DNA from: Anthoceros angustus | Lineage: Eukaryota; Plantae; Anthocerotophyta | Assembly: GCA_010909165.1 (NCBI GenBank) | Contig: VJWM01000327.1 | Location: 2,905 to 66,904, forward strand | DNA: 64,000 bases | Direction: 5' to 3' | In this document: in pieces, positions 1 to 12,300 of the stretch | Layout: each line of letters starts with the position of its first letter | Numbering within the stretch: the stretch's first letter is position 1 | Program-made: the position numbers and the translations under genes | The notes under the pieces: model-generated | Told to the model about the DNA's origin: nothing | What the model saw: the letters and a program-made list of their open reading frames with translations, nothing else | The model's database searches: none

Positions 1-3000
1 TCCTTTGTAGCACATAGTTAGTATCGCTTCGGCACGAAGCCAATCTTCTTAAGATAAGAGTCAATTCTCTGTACCAAATGAGGACTTTGTTTGAGCCCAT
101 AAATAGAACGAAGGAGTTTACACACCTTGTGCGGAATCTCTTATCCTCATAATCCTGTTGATCCATGTAGATCTCTTCTTCCAAGTGACCATAGAGGAAA
201 GTCGATAAACGCGTCCGATAGATGTCCAAGTTAAGTTCAAGACATAAAGCAAGGAGCATCCTTATCGGGTGCTTTGACGACTGTGTGAGTAGACTTGATC
301 GCCTTGATAGTCGACTCTCTTCTCGACTATAGCCCTGGCCACTAGCCTCGCTTTATAACGATGGGGCTCAACCTCTTGAAACTTGGTTTTGAGTACCCAC
401 TTGCACTTGATGAGTCCTTCCCGGGGTAGATCCACTAACGCCCAAGTGTTATTCTTGACTAAAGAGTTATACTCATCGTCAACAGCCGCTTTAGACCGTG
501 TCTAGCATATGCTTCTTGAAGTGTGAGAGGATCTCCTCCTCAAACAATGTAACTCATAGCAAGAGAATAGGCGGCCGGATCAAGATCAAGATAACCAGCT
601 TGATTGAACTCCAAGTCAAATGGCTTCTCATTCCAGAGGTGTCTAGTCTCCGACGCTGTAGGGTACCTACTGTGGAACAACGACTTGTCTCGGGGTGATG
701 GAGGTAAAGGAATGTCTGGGCCGCCTCCAAAGATGTATGTCCCCAAATCCAGAGGCACCGTCTGCATCATCCATGGGCCGATCATATTCTCTCGAAAGGT
801 GAACCGGAAGAACCGAATCGCTTGAGGTAAAGGAGCCATGGCAGGACAGAAGACCAGCAGAAAAGACGAAGGGCTTAAATCAAAGTGAATGTAAACGGCC
901 GAGAGCGGACTATTGGGGATAGAAGTCGCATCATCATCCTCATCCAAAAGCGGACCAGAGGAGAGAATCTCGACGAAAGTGACAGACCGAGCATAAACAG
1001 GAGTCCGAGTAGCCACATCAATCAACTTGTACGCCTTGCGATCCTCACCATAACCCACAAACACCAGCTTCCGTGCTCGGGAAGAAAGCTTATCACGGAG
1101 CCGAGAGGACATAGGCATAAGCAGGAGAGCCAAAGACGCGCAAATGGGTGATCAAAGGCTTGTACCCATGCCAAGAGACTCGAAAGGAGTACTAACAACA
1201 ACTTGGTCAAGAACTGTTTTGATGTATGCCGTCAGAGACCGCCTCAAAAAGACTTAGGCAAGCGTTTAGACCGGCTAACATAGCTCGCGCATGGCCATGA
1301 GATCGCCATTGGCCTTCTCAGCAACGCCATTCTGAGCGGAAGTGTAGGGAACAGTGAATTGTCTCAAGATCCCACGCTCCTCACAGTAGTCTTTGAACTG
1401 ATGGTTGTTGAGTTCTCCCGCATTGTCGGATCTGATGCACCGCAGCTTGCATCCAGTGTGCAACTCGGCCATAGAAACAAAAGGTGAGAACACAGCAAAG
1501 GAGTCACTCTTGAGACGAAGCGGGTACGCAAAAGAGTAGCGGGAATAATCATCCACTATCGTCATAAAATGGCGTGCTCCGCCTAAAGAAGTAATAGGGA
1601 GAGGTCCACACAAGTCTACGTGAACTAACTCCAAAGGCTGAGAAGCCCTATGAGGTGAAGACCAGAGTAGGAGAGCTCGCTTGCAGCACACACGCTTCAC
1701 AAAGAGGTGGTGTCTTGGCCAAGGAGGGCAACTTATCTCGATACAAGTCCTGCTGAGTCATGGCAAGGAGCTTGGCAGGATTGAGGTGCCCAAGTCGACA
1801 GTGCCAAAGTAGGGCATTCCCAGATGGAGGGAGCCCAGGTGGTGAGGCAACCTTAGAAGATGCTACCACTGCAGCAAGTGTAGTGTACACAGGGGTGCCA
1901 GTGAAGATGTAGAGATCATTGCGGGGCTGCCCTCTGGCTACAACTTGCCTTGGCTGAGAGGAACGATAGAGAAAACAATCCTCACGTCCAAACTCCAATT
2001 AAAAGCTCCATCTAGCGGTTGGCACGGAAATCAAATTCTTAGCCATCCGCGGACGTGGAGCACACTATTTAGCACAAGGAGGAACCATCCTCCAAAGGTG
2101 AATGTCAACCAACTCCAAAAGCAATAGCAAGGCCGAGTCATCGCCCAACAAAGACAAAACGTGGAGTGTCATTGTCGTGTAGGAAGTAAACATGTGCTTG
2201 AGCTGCAGATATGGGCATGAGTCCAAAGAAACTGTGAGGTCAACTCGTTACCAAGCACACTAAAGCAATCTCTTGATTTGGTTCTTGGCCTTGGAGAATA
2301 GTCAGATTAGCGCCTTGATCTCACGCTTTCTCACCGGCCTGCTTCTTCCTGCACTCAAGGCCCCAAAGGGCCGGGTGATCGACACCAATTGCACGCCCTT
2401 GACGCTTTGCAGCTTGAGGAGGGGAAGAGGCGTGAAGGAGGCCTTTGATGGGCCGGAGTTGTTGTCGGGTTATTCTCTCTTCTGTTGATTTTGTGACCGT
2501 CCTCGAGTCACAAACATCACCGCTCTCCACCATGTTTAGATGTGCCGAGTTGAAGCGGGATGCCTCCTCGAAGGAGTGCGCCAAAGAAGCTGGCTACGCT
2601 TAGGTGGATTGTCCACCAGCCGCCATCGCTGTGAAGTCCGGACCGACCGGTTTTGGGAAGAGAAACGATCGATAACCAGCCGGAAGGCCGGTCGACGAAA
2701 GATCACATTGTAGTCAGTCCAAGTGCAGCCAATTGTGCCCAAGGTACCGAACACCACGTGATGGGCAATACTATCACCTTGTTGCATCCGAAGAGTGTAA
2801 AACTCTTGTCGGACGGTGACCAAGGTCATCACATTCGCTGATGATAGATGTCATTGATCCGCCTGGCCTCTGCTGAAGTAGTCGCATCCGGTGATGCAAG
2901 GTGGTTTCGCCAAGGCGAAACCAGCATTTGCATGGCTTGACGATCCAACTTGAGCCACGCATCAATCGCCGACCGAGGTGCGGTAGGCTTTGGGGAAACA

Positions 3001-3340
3001 CCTCCACGGGAGAAGATCGCGTGTTGAGAGTTTTCATCCGCCGAGACCAAAATCTCATATTTGGTCCTTGAACCTATCTCTCTTTGAAGTCAGGAGACGT
3101 TCATAACATTAATTACAGGAGCCAGAGATGGCGGAGGTGGCGGTGGTGGTGGAGTGCCTCCTGACATGGTCAAATCCTTGGCTCCACAATTGTGTAAACG
3201 AGCAGCGTGTTGTGACACAAGGCTCAGAAAAACACAACTGTAGTGTGAGCAAAAATTTTTCCAGGAGAGTTCAAAGCAAACACACTCACACCAGCCACCT
3301 ACAACGACGTACCGGATCCTGGCTCCAAAATTGTTTTCGA
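1..3340 (-). mobile_element. Degenerate Ty1/Copia retrotransposon internal region (gag-PR-IN-RT), running off the left edge
   Basis: Minus-strand fragments: GAG-pre-integrase LWHCRLGHLN (1648-1998); integrase PLELVHVDLCGP...IVDDYSRY...RSDNAGE...QNGVAEK (1275-1700); SH3-like KLVFVGY (540-1133); RT codons (CKWV.KTK, LYGLKQS) at 80-480. Many frameshifts. Confidence 0.9.
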
Positions 3341-4957
3341 GCACTCTATCAAAGCTTGACTCAATGCGTCAACAATGCAAGAACATTCACAAGATTAGTG
3401 ATGTGGGTGATCGATCGCCAAAGATTTTGATAATGGAGAGAGCGTTGTTCGGGTGCGAGGCTCGGCGGGCCTCGTTGTACTTGAACTCCTTGTAGGCGCT
3501 TCCAAAGTCTCGAAGGAGAGGACGGATCTTGGTTCCTCCTCAATATGACGGCGGTGTATTGACGATGTCCCTGTTGAAATCGTGTAGGAGGCACTTCGTG
3601 ACAGCCAAGAGCCGTCGAGTTGAGAAGGATCGCCACCAAAATCGCCACTAATTTCTGGAAAAGAGCCCGAAAAACAATTAATGTGAGCGAAGAAAAGAAT
3701 TAGGGGCCCTGCTCGACGTAACGGGTGACACCCGTCATGAATGGGCACGCCGTTCCGAACGGGTGCGTGTAATACCGAACGGGTGGCACCTGCTCGGGCG
3801 CCCACAACTTGTTGATAACGTTCGGCGGGCGATCACCGCGGCGAACCGCCAAGGCCGCTGGCGCTCCGCGCGCGCGCGCCTCCTGAGCACCAACCCGAGG
3901 TCGGCGAGGATGGCGGACGGCCGAGATCGCCGGGCGCGCCCCTTGTCGATGGCGACTCCAGATGGGGCGCCTGGGGCTGTGAGATCTCGCCTCTCGTCGG
4001 TCAAATTGCCGAGATTCGTGACGATCAATTCATCGCCGCCGCCCAATCCACAAAATTTCGCGATTCGGGCCGGACGGCTGATGCAGGGGGGCTCGAGCCG
4101 ATCAAGGCGCCTGAGAAGCACCTCCGTGATGAATTTTGGCTAGAATCGGCCGAGATTGAGAGAATCGATCTTCTCAATCGCTCTTGTGCCTCTTGACGGT
4201 CTGCGCACTCGAGTGATCCTCACGCCGACCGAAAAGATGGAACTGATGGCGGAGACCACCCTTGATCTTGCAAGGTATGGAAGAGGGCATCCACCCACCC
4301 GCCGAACATCCGGTAGTGGCGAGGTGCTTGAGTGAAGCCAAAACCTCGAGTTGTTATGCGTTGATTGGTGCGCCCATGGGATCGCTCCCTATCCTCTCCA
4401 ATGCGCCGTGCTTGGGGCTGAGAGCGACGATTCCTTGCCATGCTTGCTGAGATTAGTGGCTAGGAGATTAGAGAATGTAAGATGGTCAATAGGATAGATG
4501 TTAGAAGAGAGAAAAACCTTTGAGGCTTCCCCTCCCCCTCTATCCATCTTAAGGACCAGGCTACTTACACCCAATCAAATCCCATGGGCATGTAGATAGG
4601 AAAGGAGGCAAGAAAATAAATAGAAAATTGGTTTTTCATTTTTCTACATGTCTTCCTTTTCTAAACCTCTATTAAAATAGAAGACAATAAAATTTAATTT
4701 CTATAAATATAGAAGAACTAAATTCATAGGCTTGAGAAAGCTCCATTAAGTCGCATGGAAGCTTGGGGACCTCATCGTAGCTGCCTTCTTTGTGGTCAGG
4801 TAGAACCAATCTGCTATCCAAAACAACGTATCAAGTTTTTCTAACCATGAGCGAGCAAATGGAGCTTCAAAAATCCATGGCTCACCTGGGTAATGATACG
4901 TGCAAAGTCTAGCCATTGAACCTAGAGACCATGGTAGGAGCCGAGGCTTTGATACCA

Positions 4958-5150
4958 AGTTAGAATTGCATGCGGAAGCGTCTTAAGCAAAGATGCTATA
5001 TTAACAGTGAATCAAGTATGATTATAGGTGGGCTTTTATAGGTGGTCTCGAAGGGGTCTGTCCTTTCGCTAGCCTAGCTAACTACCTATACTAAGCACTG
5101 GTCTAGGTAACCAAATTGATGCAGGAACCAACGTGCACTTATTTCTAACT
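4958..5150 (-). mobile_element. Copia LTR (~193 bp) with AGTTAGAA...TTCTAACT termini, followed by tRNA-Met PBS (4947-4957) and a short internal remnant
   Basis: 8-bp terminal inverted repeat; TGGTATCAAAG follows on the minus strand; homologous to the split LTR at 18520-18645/22564-22666. Confidence 0.75.
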
Positions 5151-5159
5151 CATTCCCTT

Positions 5160-6999
5160 AGGACATATGTCCCTGGCAGCATGCCACAAGGAAACATTTG
5201 GGTTTGCTTTCTGTTACGAGATCATGATCTTTGGCAGTGTTTACGAAGTGAGTACAAAGTGCCACACTTGATCCACGAGCTAACACAAGAGAACCTTTGG
5301 AGATCTTCCAAGAGTGATCCCCAAACCGGTGGTAACCCGGCATCATCCAAGCATCTGCGCTAATCATGCTCTTTGTCAACTTGAACATGCCTAACGTCCT
5401 TCAGCATGAATGAAGATCTGTTGTCAAACTTGAGCTACACATCACCTCGCTGCGATCGCATGCGTAGTTATTTCCAAGCCTAACGCATCCTTTCCTTGTA
5501 GCATCATCGTGCTAAACCACTCTCTATGAGGAGTAACATGGAAAGATGCACGAATCAATTATCCAATTGCGAATAAATGACTATCACATATTAATTATGC
5601 GACATTCAAGTAAGAAGAGATAAGGACATCTCGTCCTCAACGAGTTTAACTCTTCCTGACAGAAGTCGCCTTCTTGTCGTCCTGCTTCTTCTCTTTTCCT
5701 TGGTCCTTTTGAACTTCTCGCACTCTCTTTTGAAGTGACCCCTTTTGTGACAATAGTGACACTCCACATTCTTATTACGACTACGAGATTTGCTGAGAAA
5801 AGCTTATCCGGTTGCTTCCCTTGCGTGGACCTCCCTCTCACTATGAGACCTTTGGAACCTTTGGAAGGTTCCATGTTTTCTGTTCACCTCCTCGTTAACG
5901 GCTACCTTCTACATTTACAATGGTAAGACCACTAGCGAGGCGAAATTACTCAGGCTGAAAGGTGTCCCAACTCTCGGTAATGTGACCAGCGAAACATAGC
6001 TCTCACGGAATGGGAATGTGATACCTTGAGATGAGGCTGGCTGAAAATGGTATTGAAATCATTCGGATGATCGGACATCCTCGTCCCTTCCTTCATCTTC
6101 AAGTCCACCATTTGTTTCAACCAATACACGAAGCCGCACTTTGCTTCTCATACAGTCCTGACACGCCCGCGATCCGTAACTTGTGGTCTTATCTTTCACA
6201 TTGAAGTACTGTTTTTGACAATGTTAGCATGATAGTAGATCTAGCAAGCTCATCCAGTCCGCCACTCATCACATGTCATACTATACGGTTTGGCGCCTAA
6301 CAACTTTATGGGCTTGATCGCTTTTTACGCACTAGAACATTATACACTTGTTCTTTCGAGCGGGAAGTTAGTACCATCTAACTACCGATATTGAACATAG
6401 CGTTTTCGATGATGAAGACATCATGATTCAAAAATCGTCTGAGATAAAACTCGCCTTGTCGGAAAAGTCAAAGAAAAGCATCTTGCGTCACGGCGTGTAT
6501 TTTGTTGGCTATTCCACCGATATTCGGCGAATATTTTGGCGGTTTTACGCCGCGTGACCACCGCGCTGCGCTCGCGATGCGTGCACGGCTGGGCCGCTGC
6601 GGCTTCTGCGCCGGCCCGGCCGCCCGCGTGGCGCCTGCGCACCCAGCGGCCGCCCCGCCACAGCGCCGCCGCGCCCAGCGGCCCAGCCGCGCTTGTGGCG
6701 TGCCGTGGCACAGCCACACCGTGGCCGGCGCCCGCGGCTGCCAGCATCGCGCCACGCTTCCCTGTGCGCGCGCTGGCCGCGCGCGCCCGCGGCTGGCCCG
6801 GCTTCGCGGCCGCGCCCTGCGGCCGCGGCCAGCGCGCCCGCGTCCGGCTGGCGGCTTGGCGCCAGCGCTCGCGGCACTCGCCCGCTCACGGCTTTCTGCG
6901 TTCGCGCCCCTCGCGATGTGGATCACCGCAATTCCAGCTGCGCCGACCCTGCGGTAGAAAATTCTAGCATCGCAACACAACCAAACCTTTCGATGCGGT
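5160..6999 (-). mobile_element. Tnt1/Tork-like Copia gag-protease fragment with GC-rich 5' leader
   Basis: Zinc-knuckle codons (C..C...GH....C) near 5720-5765; WKISKGSLVLARG...LW...GHMS at 5160-5390; degenerate PBS next to the LTR at 7000. Confidence 0.7.
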
Positions 7000-7238
7000 T
7001 GAAGGATCGTGTGGCGGCACATGATGGTGGAAAGAGGAGAGGAGAGGAGAGGCAAGTGTAACTCTCACATTGAGATGAGGCTTGGAGGTATTATACCCTC
7101 AGCACTCTAGGAAGCTCCACAAGAAGCCCCTAGGAAGGAGCACAAGAAGCTTCCTAGTGATTAGCTTCTAAACTAATGATACACCTAACTTAGACTAAGT
7201 GTATTAGTCTAAGTACATTGAGCTTTAATACCCTTACA
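7000..7238 (-). mobile_element. Copia LTR (~239 bp, TG...CA) with PPT at 7239-7249
   Basis: On the minus strand it begins TGTAAGGG after AAGTGGGAGGT and ends GATCCTTCA; it directly follows the RNase H end. Confidence 0.65.
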
Positions 7239-7249
7239 ACCTCCCACTT

Positions 7250-8360
7250 AAAGGCCAATTTACCTTCGTGAAGAATGGACTACCTCATGCCCATCGATTG
7301 TCCGAGCTTGTGCAAATTGCTCCGTAGAGTCCCTTGGTAAGAATATCTGCGGGGTTGTGGTGTGAACCTTGACAAGTTGTACCCTCTTGTCGTCCAACAC
7401 CTCTCGAATGAGTGATACTTCACATCCACATGTTTAGTCTTGCATGAAACACTTTGGATTCTTTGCCAATTGGATAGCACTCTGGCTATCACAATGCAAC
7501 GGCACTCAACCTTGATCCCCAAGTCTCCCACTAAGCAGGCAAGCCATATGGCTTCCTTGCAAGCCTCGATTCTTTGCAACATACTCGGCCTCTATGGTAG
7601 ATAGCGTAATGCAAAAACGAGATCGCCATGAGGCGCCCCTCCGATGTGAATAACTTTGATGTGGACCTCCTTTTGTCCATATCCCTGCATAATCGCATCA
7701 TGTACCCAACCACATGCATCTTCACTACCAAAACATATGCACAAAGCTTTTGTACCATTCGGATACCTCATAACTCCTTTTCACTCCCAATGCTTCTTGC
7801 GAGGTTTGACATAAACACTAACCACTCCTGCAAAGGCAATGTCGGGGCGTGTAGCAATCATTGCATACATCAAACTCCCTACGGTGATGAGTATGGGACC
7901 TTCTCCATTTTCACTTTGTCCTCCTCGAGCTTGGGCAATCCGGCAGAAAGTTTCACATATGGAGGCAATGGGTACCCAATGGTTTCCTTCTCCATGTTGA
8001 AGCGTTGAAGCACCACATTAATGTATTAAAATGCGAGACAAATAAAGCGGGGCGCTTATGCATTCAGCGAATCGCATGCCAAGTATATGGCTCGCCTCTC
8101 CCAAGTCTGTCATTTCAAAGTGAGCATTCAACTTTGATTTCAACGCTGAAATCTCATCAGCACTGTTCCCAGCAATTAGCATATCATCCACATAGAGGAT
8201 CAAAACGAGCAAGGTGTTCTCCCTTGAACTTGATGGCCTCTTTCGCCTATCTTGTTTCCTGCTTAGCTTAAAAGGTTTGGGTTTGGCCCTTTTAAACTCC
8301 CGGCTTGGCCTACTCCCCATTTCCCCGTTCCTCCTTCTGATCTTCTTCCACACCACCTCA
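7250..8360 (-). mobile_element. Copia RT-RNase H fragment
   Basis: VLILYVDDMLIAG...FEMTDLGEASHILGM (8018-8356); EACKEAIWL...KTKHVDVKYH (7280-7582). Confidence 0.9.
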
Positions 8361-8397
8361 TTCGGCGGGATCTTAAGTTATCATACCTCCATCTCAC

Positions 8398-8900
8398 TTG
8401 GTCCCTCCTCTCATCTGCGCCTCCTCTAACACCCATGCTCCATTTCTACAAGGATGGCTTTCGTGTCAATCCCCCCTCTGGTTTACCCTGCCACGTTACC
8501 TCAATTCTCATCTCTTCTTCACGATTCGCATACTCATTGGTCAATTTCGTGTCAGCTGCCATCACCTCCTCATCGAGATTGACTGCTGGCTTAATCCAGC
8601 GCTTCCTCGGGATGCTCATATTTGCAAGCTCTGCTCCTTTGACATTGAATCCGAATCCCACTTCCTCTTCTTTTGCCCTGTTTATGCCCCTATTTGGGCT
8701 CGTTACACTCTTCTTTTTGAATGTGCTGGTTTTTCTTTGTGTCGTTTCTTTTCCTTTCATGTACCTAAGCTCACTAGCCTATGTCTCTCTGAGCTTCTCT
8801 ATTTTCGGCAGTCTTAGTTGGACTCTTTATAGCTTCTTGCCTCCTTTTCCTTCTTCTAGCCTTGCTTCCATTTTCAACTCACAATGTTTTAGTCTCTCTA
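8398..8900 (+). mobile_element. 3' fragment of a non-LTR retrotransposon (C-terminal CCHC zinc-finger region, RTE-X/L2-like)
   Basis: FRVSCHHLLIEIDCW...PR...ICKLC...IESESHFLFFCPVY motif in ORF 8398-8817, followed by a pyrimidine-rich tail. Confidence 0.65.
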
Positions 8901-9139
8901 GTTGAGACGTACGTGTGTGCATGTGGTGATGTCCACGAAGGACATAAAATAATTCAAGGAACACTTGGTTAGGATCCCTGGCATTTACCCAGGCGACCCG
9001 GGTTCGACGGTTACGGAATAGGTAGTAACTAGTCACTAGCGTCAAGCTTTCAACTTTCCATGCTTGAACGCCATTTAGCCACGGACTACAAAAATCGTCG
9101 AGGACAGTGGTGCGCATTCTGCGTTGCAAGACAAAGCAG

Positions 9140-9362
9140 TAGGACGATTGCCCCTGCCCAAGTGCTTCCGTTTCGAGCTTCGTATGAAACAAACCGGGCT
9201 CACAGGACATCGAACTAGGACGATTGCCCCTGCCTAAGTGCCTCCGTTTCGAGCTTCCTGTGAAACAAATCGGGCACACAGAACATTGAACTAGGACGAT
9301 TGCCCCTGTCCAAGTGCTTCCGTTTCGAGCTCCCTGTGAAACAAATGGGGCACACAGGACAT
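9140..9362. repeat. Tandem repeat, 3 x ~76 bp
   Basis: Unit TAGGACGATTGCCCCTG.CCAAGTGCTTCCGTTTCGAGCT...GAAACAAA..GGGC.CACAGGACAT seen three times, ending at the start of the PPR ORF. Confidence 0.9.
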
Positions 9363-9371
9363 TGATGCAGT

Positions 9372-12300
9372 GTGAGATGGTGTCGCGCATGCCACGCTCA
9401 GCGCGGGCTCGTTCGGGCTATCGCTGGCGCGTCAATGGGTATTGTAGGAAGAGCTTCCGCTTGCCTGAGTTCAACAGGGAAGGAAGCGTTGGCGCACAAC
9501 GGAAGGGTAACGGTTGAAGCCGTGAGCAAGCTGTGTCAGGAGGGGAGCATCACTCAGGCTGTGGATGCCTTGGAGCTTCTGTTGCATACCGACTGCTGCT
9601 CTGTTTCCAGATCCCTCTTTTACACCGTTTTGAAGAAATGTGTGGCCGAGAGGGATCTCGTCCAGGGCAGCCGGGTCCATGCTCTCACGGTGAAGCGGGG
9701 ATTCCAGTCGGACACGTTCCTGTGCAACCACATCCTGCGGATGTATGCTTCTCATGGCAGGTTGCGAGAGGCAATGGATGTGTTTGATGCCGTTGCTGAC
9801 CCAGATGCCTTCATGTGGTCTTCCATAATTTCTGCCCATGTTAGACGTGGACAAGATAAGCGGGCCATACAGCTCTACCATGCCATGTGCATGTCCGGTG
9901 CAATCCCAGATGGGCATGTGTTTGTGGCAGCCCTCCAGGCCTGTGCAAGGGGCGCAGACTTGAAATCTGGACAGCAGGTGCATGCTGACCTGTTGGCTTC
10001 CGGCATCGAACCTAATTTGTACCTGTCTAGTTGCTTGGTGGACATGTATGCGAAGTGTGGCAGGTTGGAGCATGCTCAGGCTGTTTTTGGGGGACTTCGT
10101 CAGAAAGATGTTGTAACGTGGAATGCCATGATTGCAGGGTGTGCTCAGCATGGCAGGGGGCTGGAAGCCCTTCGTCTCTACACTGCTATGCAAGAGGGAG
10201 GCATGGCTGTACCCAGCCGTGTTACATTTGTCAGCCTCTTACACGGATGTGCAAGTGTGGGGGCCCAAGCGCTGGAGAAGGGGAAGCAGCTTCATGCTCA
10301 AATTAGAGAACAAGGACATGAGGCTGATTTGGTTGTAGCCAACAGTTTGGTGAGCATGTATGCAAAGTGTGGCAGCTTGGAAGATGCGCAAACTGTGTTT
10401 GATGGACTTGGTCAGAAAGATGTGGTGACGTGGACTGCCATGATAGCAGGATACTCCCAGCGGGCGATGGGGTGGGAAGCCCTTCGTCTTTACAGTGCGA
10501 TGCAGGATGAAGGCATGACGGTGCCAAATCCGGTGACCTTTGTGTGCCTGCTGCAGGCTTGTGCAAATGTGGGTTCCCTGGCTTTAGAGATGGGGAAGCA
10601 GCTTCACATGCAAATTAGGGGACTGGGTCATCAAGCTGATGGGATTGTAGCCAACAGTTTGGTGAACATGTATGCAAAGTGTGGCAGCTTGGAAGATGCG
10701 CAAACTGTGTTCAATGGACTTGCTGTCAAAGATGTGGTGACGTGGACCGCCATGATAGCAGGATATTCTCAGCAGGGCATGGGCCAGGAAGCCCTTCATC
10801 TCTACAGTGCGATGGAAGAAGAAGGCATCGCTGTGCCCGATTCTGTGACATTTGTGTGCATCCTGCAGGCATGTGCAACCTTGGGCACCCCGGCGTTGGA
10901 GAAGGGCAAGCATCTCCATACGCAGATTAGAGAAATAGGACAGCAAGGTGATGTGTTTGTAGCAAGCAGTTTGGTGAACATGTATGTAAAGTGTGGGAGC
11001 TTGGAAGATGCTCAGAAAGTGTTTGATGGACTTGGTCAAAAAAATGAGGTGGCATGGACTGCCATGATAGCAGGATATTCGCAGCAGGGCATGGGGCAGG
11101 AAGCTCTTCGTCTCTACAGTGCTATGCAAGAAGAAGGCATGGCTGCACCCAATCCTGTGACATATGTGTGCCTCCTGCAGGCGTGTGCTAGTGTGGGCAC
11201 CTCAGCCTTGGAAAAGGGGAGGCATCTTCATGTGGAACTTAGAGAACAAGGACACCAAGCTGATGTGTCAGTGGCCAACAGTCTGCTGAACATGTATGCA
11301 AAGTGTGGCAGCTTGGACGATGCTCGGATAGTGTTTGACAGCCTCGACCACAAGGATGTGCTGACGTGGACTGCCATGATAGCAGGATATTCACAGCAGG
11401 GAAAAGGGGAGGTAGCCCTTAATCTCTACAGTGTTATGCAAGAAGAAGGCATCAGTGTACCGGGTAATGTAACATTTCTGTTCCTCCTGCAGGCATGTGC
11501 CAGTGTGGGAGCCCTGGCCTTGGAGACGGGGAAGCATCTTCATGTACAAATCAGAGGAAGAGGACAGCAAGATGATGTGTTTGTTGCCAGCAGTTTGGTG
11601 AACATGTATGCAAAGTGTGGCAGCTTGGAGGATGCTCGGACAGTGTTTGATGGACTTGGTAACAAAGATGTGGTAACCTGGACTGCCATGATAGCTGGAT
11701 ATGCCCAGCAGGGCTTGGGGCAGGAAGCCCTTCGTCTCTACAGTGCTATGCAGGAAGAAGGCCTCACTGCACCCAATTCCACAACATTTGTGTGCCTCCT
11801 GCAGGCATGTGCAAATGTGGCAGCTCTCAGTGTTGGAAGGCAGCTACATGCTCAGATTGTAGAACAAGGGTTTGAAACTGATGTATTTGTAGCACACAGT
11901 TTGATTAACATGTACGGAAAGTGTGGCAGTATGCTTGAAGCACGGCAGTCATTGTATGCGTTGCCGGAGAGAGATGTTGTCGCCTGGAATGCGCTTATTG
12001 CAGGCTACACCTGTCAAGGAGACAGTGAAACGGTCTTTGACTTAGTTCAGAGAATGAGAGAGGATGGTGTACAGCCAGATGGCATCACACTTCTCAGTGT
12101 GCTCACAGTTTGCAGTCATGCGGGCCTTGTGGAAAAGGGGCGGCAGTACTTTGACGCTATGAGCAGCCAGTACAGAATCACCCCCACTAAGGACCACTAC
12201 AAATGTATGGTGGATCTACTGGGTCGTGCAGGGCTACTGGAGGAGGCACTAGATTTGGTAAGCACAATGCCTGTACTGCCTGATGCTGCAGTTTGGAGCA

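Noticed and set aside
3345-4745. Possible additional LTR/leader sequence
   Set aside because: No partner LTR, clear PBS or TSD is identifiable in the window.
6421-7061. Overlapping Arg/Ala-rich ORFs in all frames
   Set aside because: Very GC-rich Copia leader with few stops; no domain signal.
9140-9362. CRISPR-like repeat
   Set aside because: Whole units repeat without unique spacers, the context is eukaryotic, and there are no cas genes.
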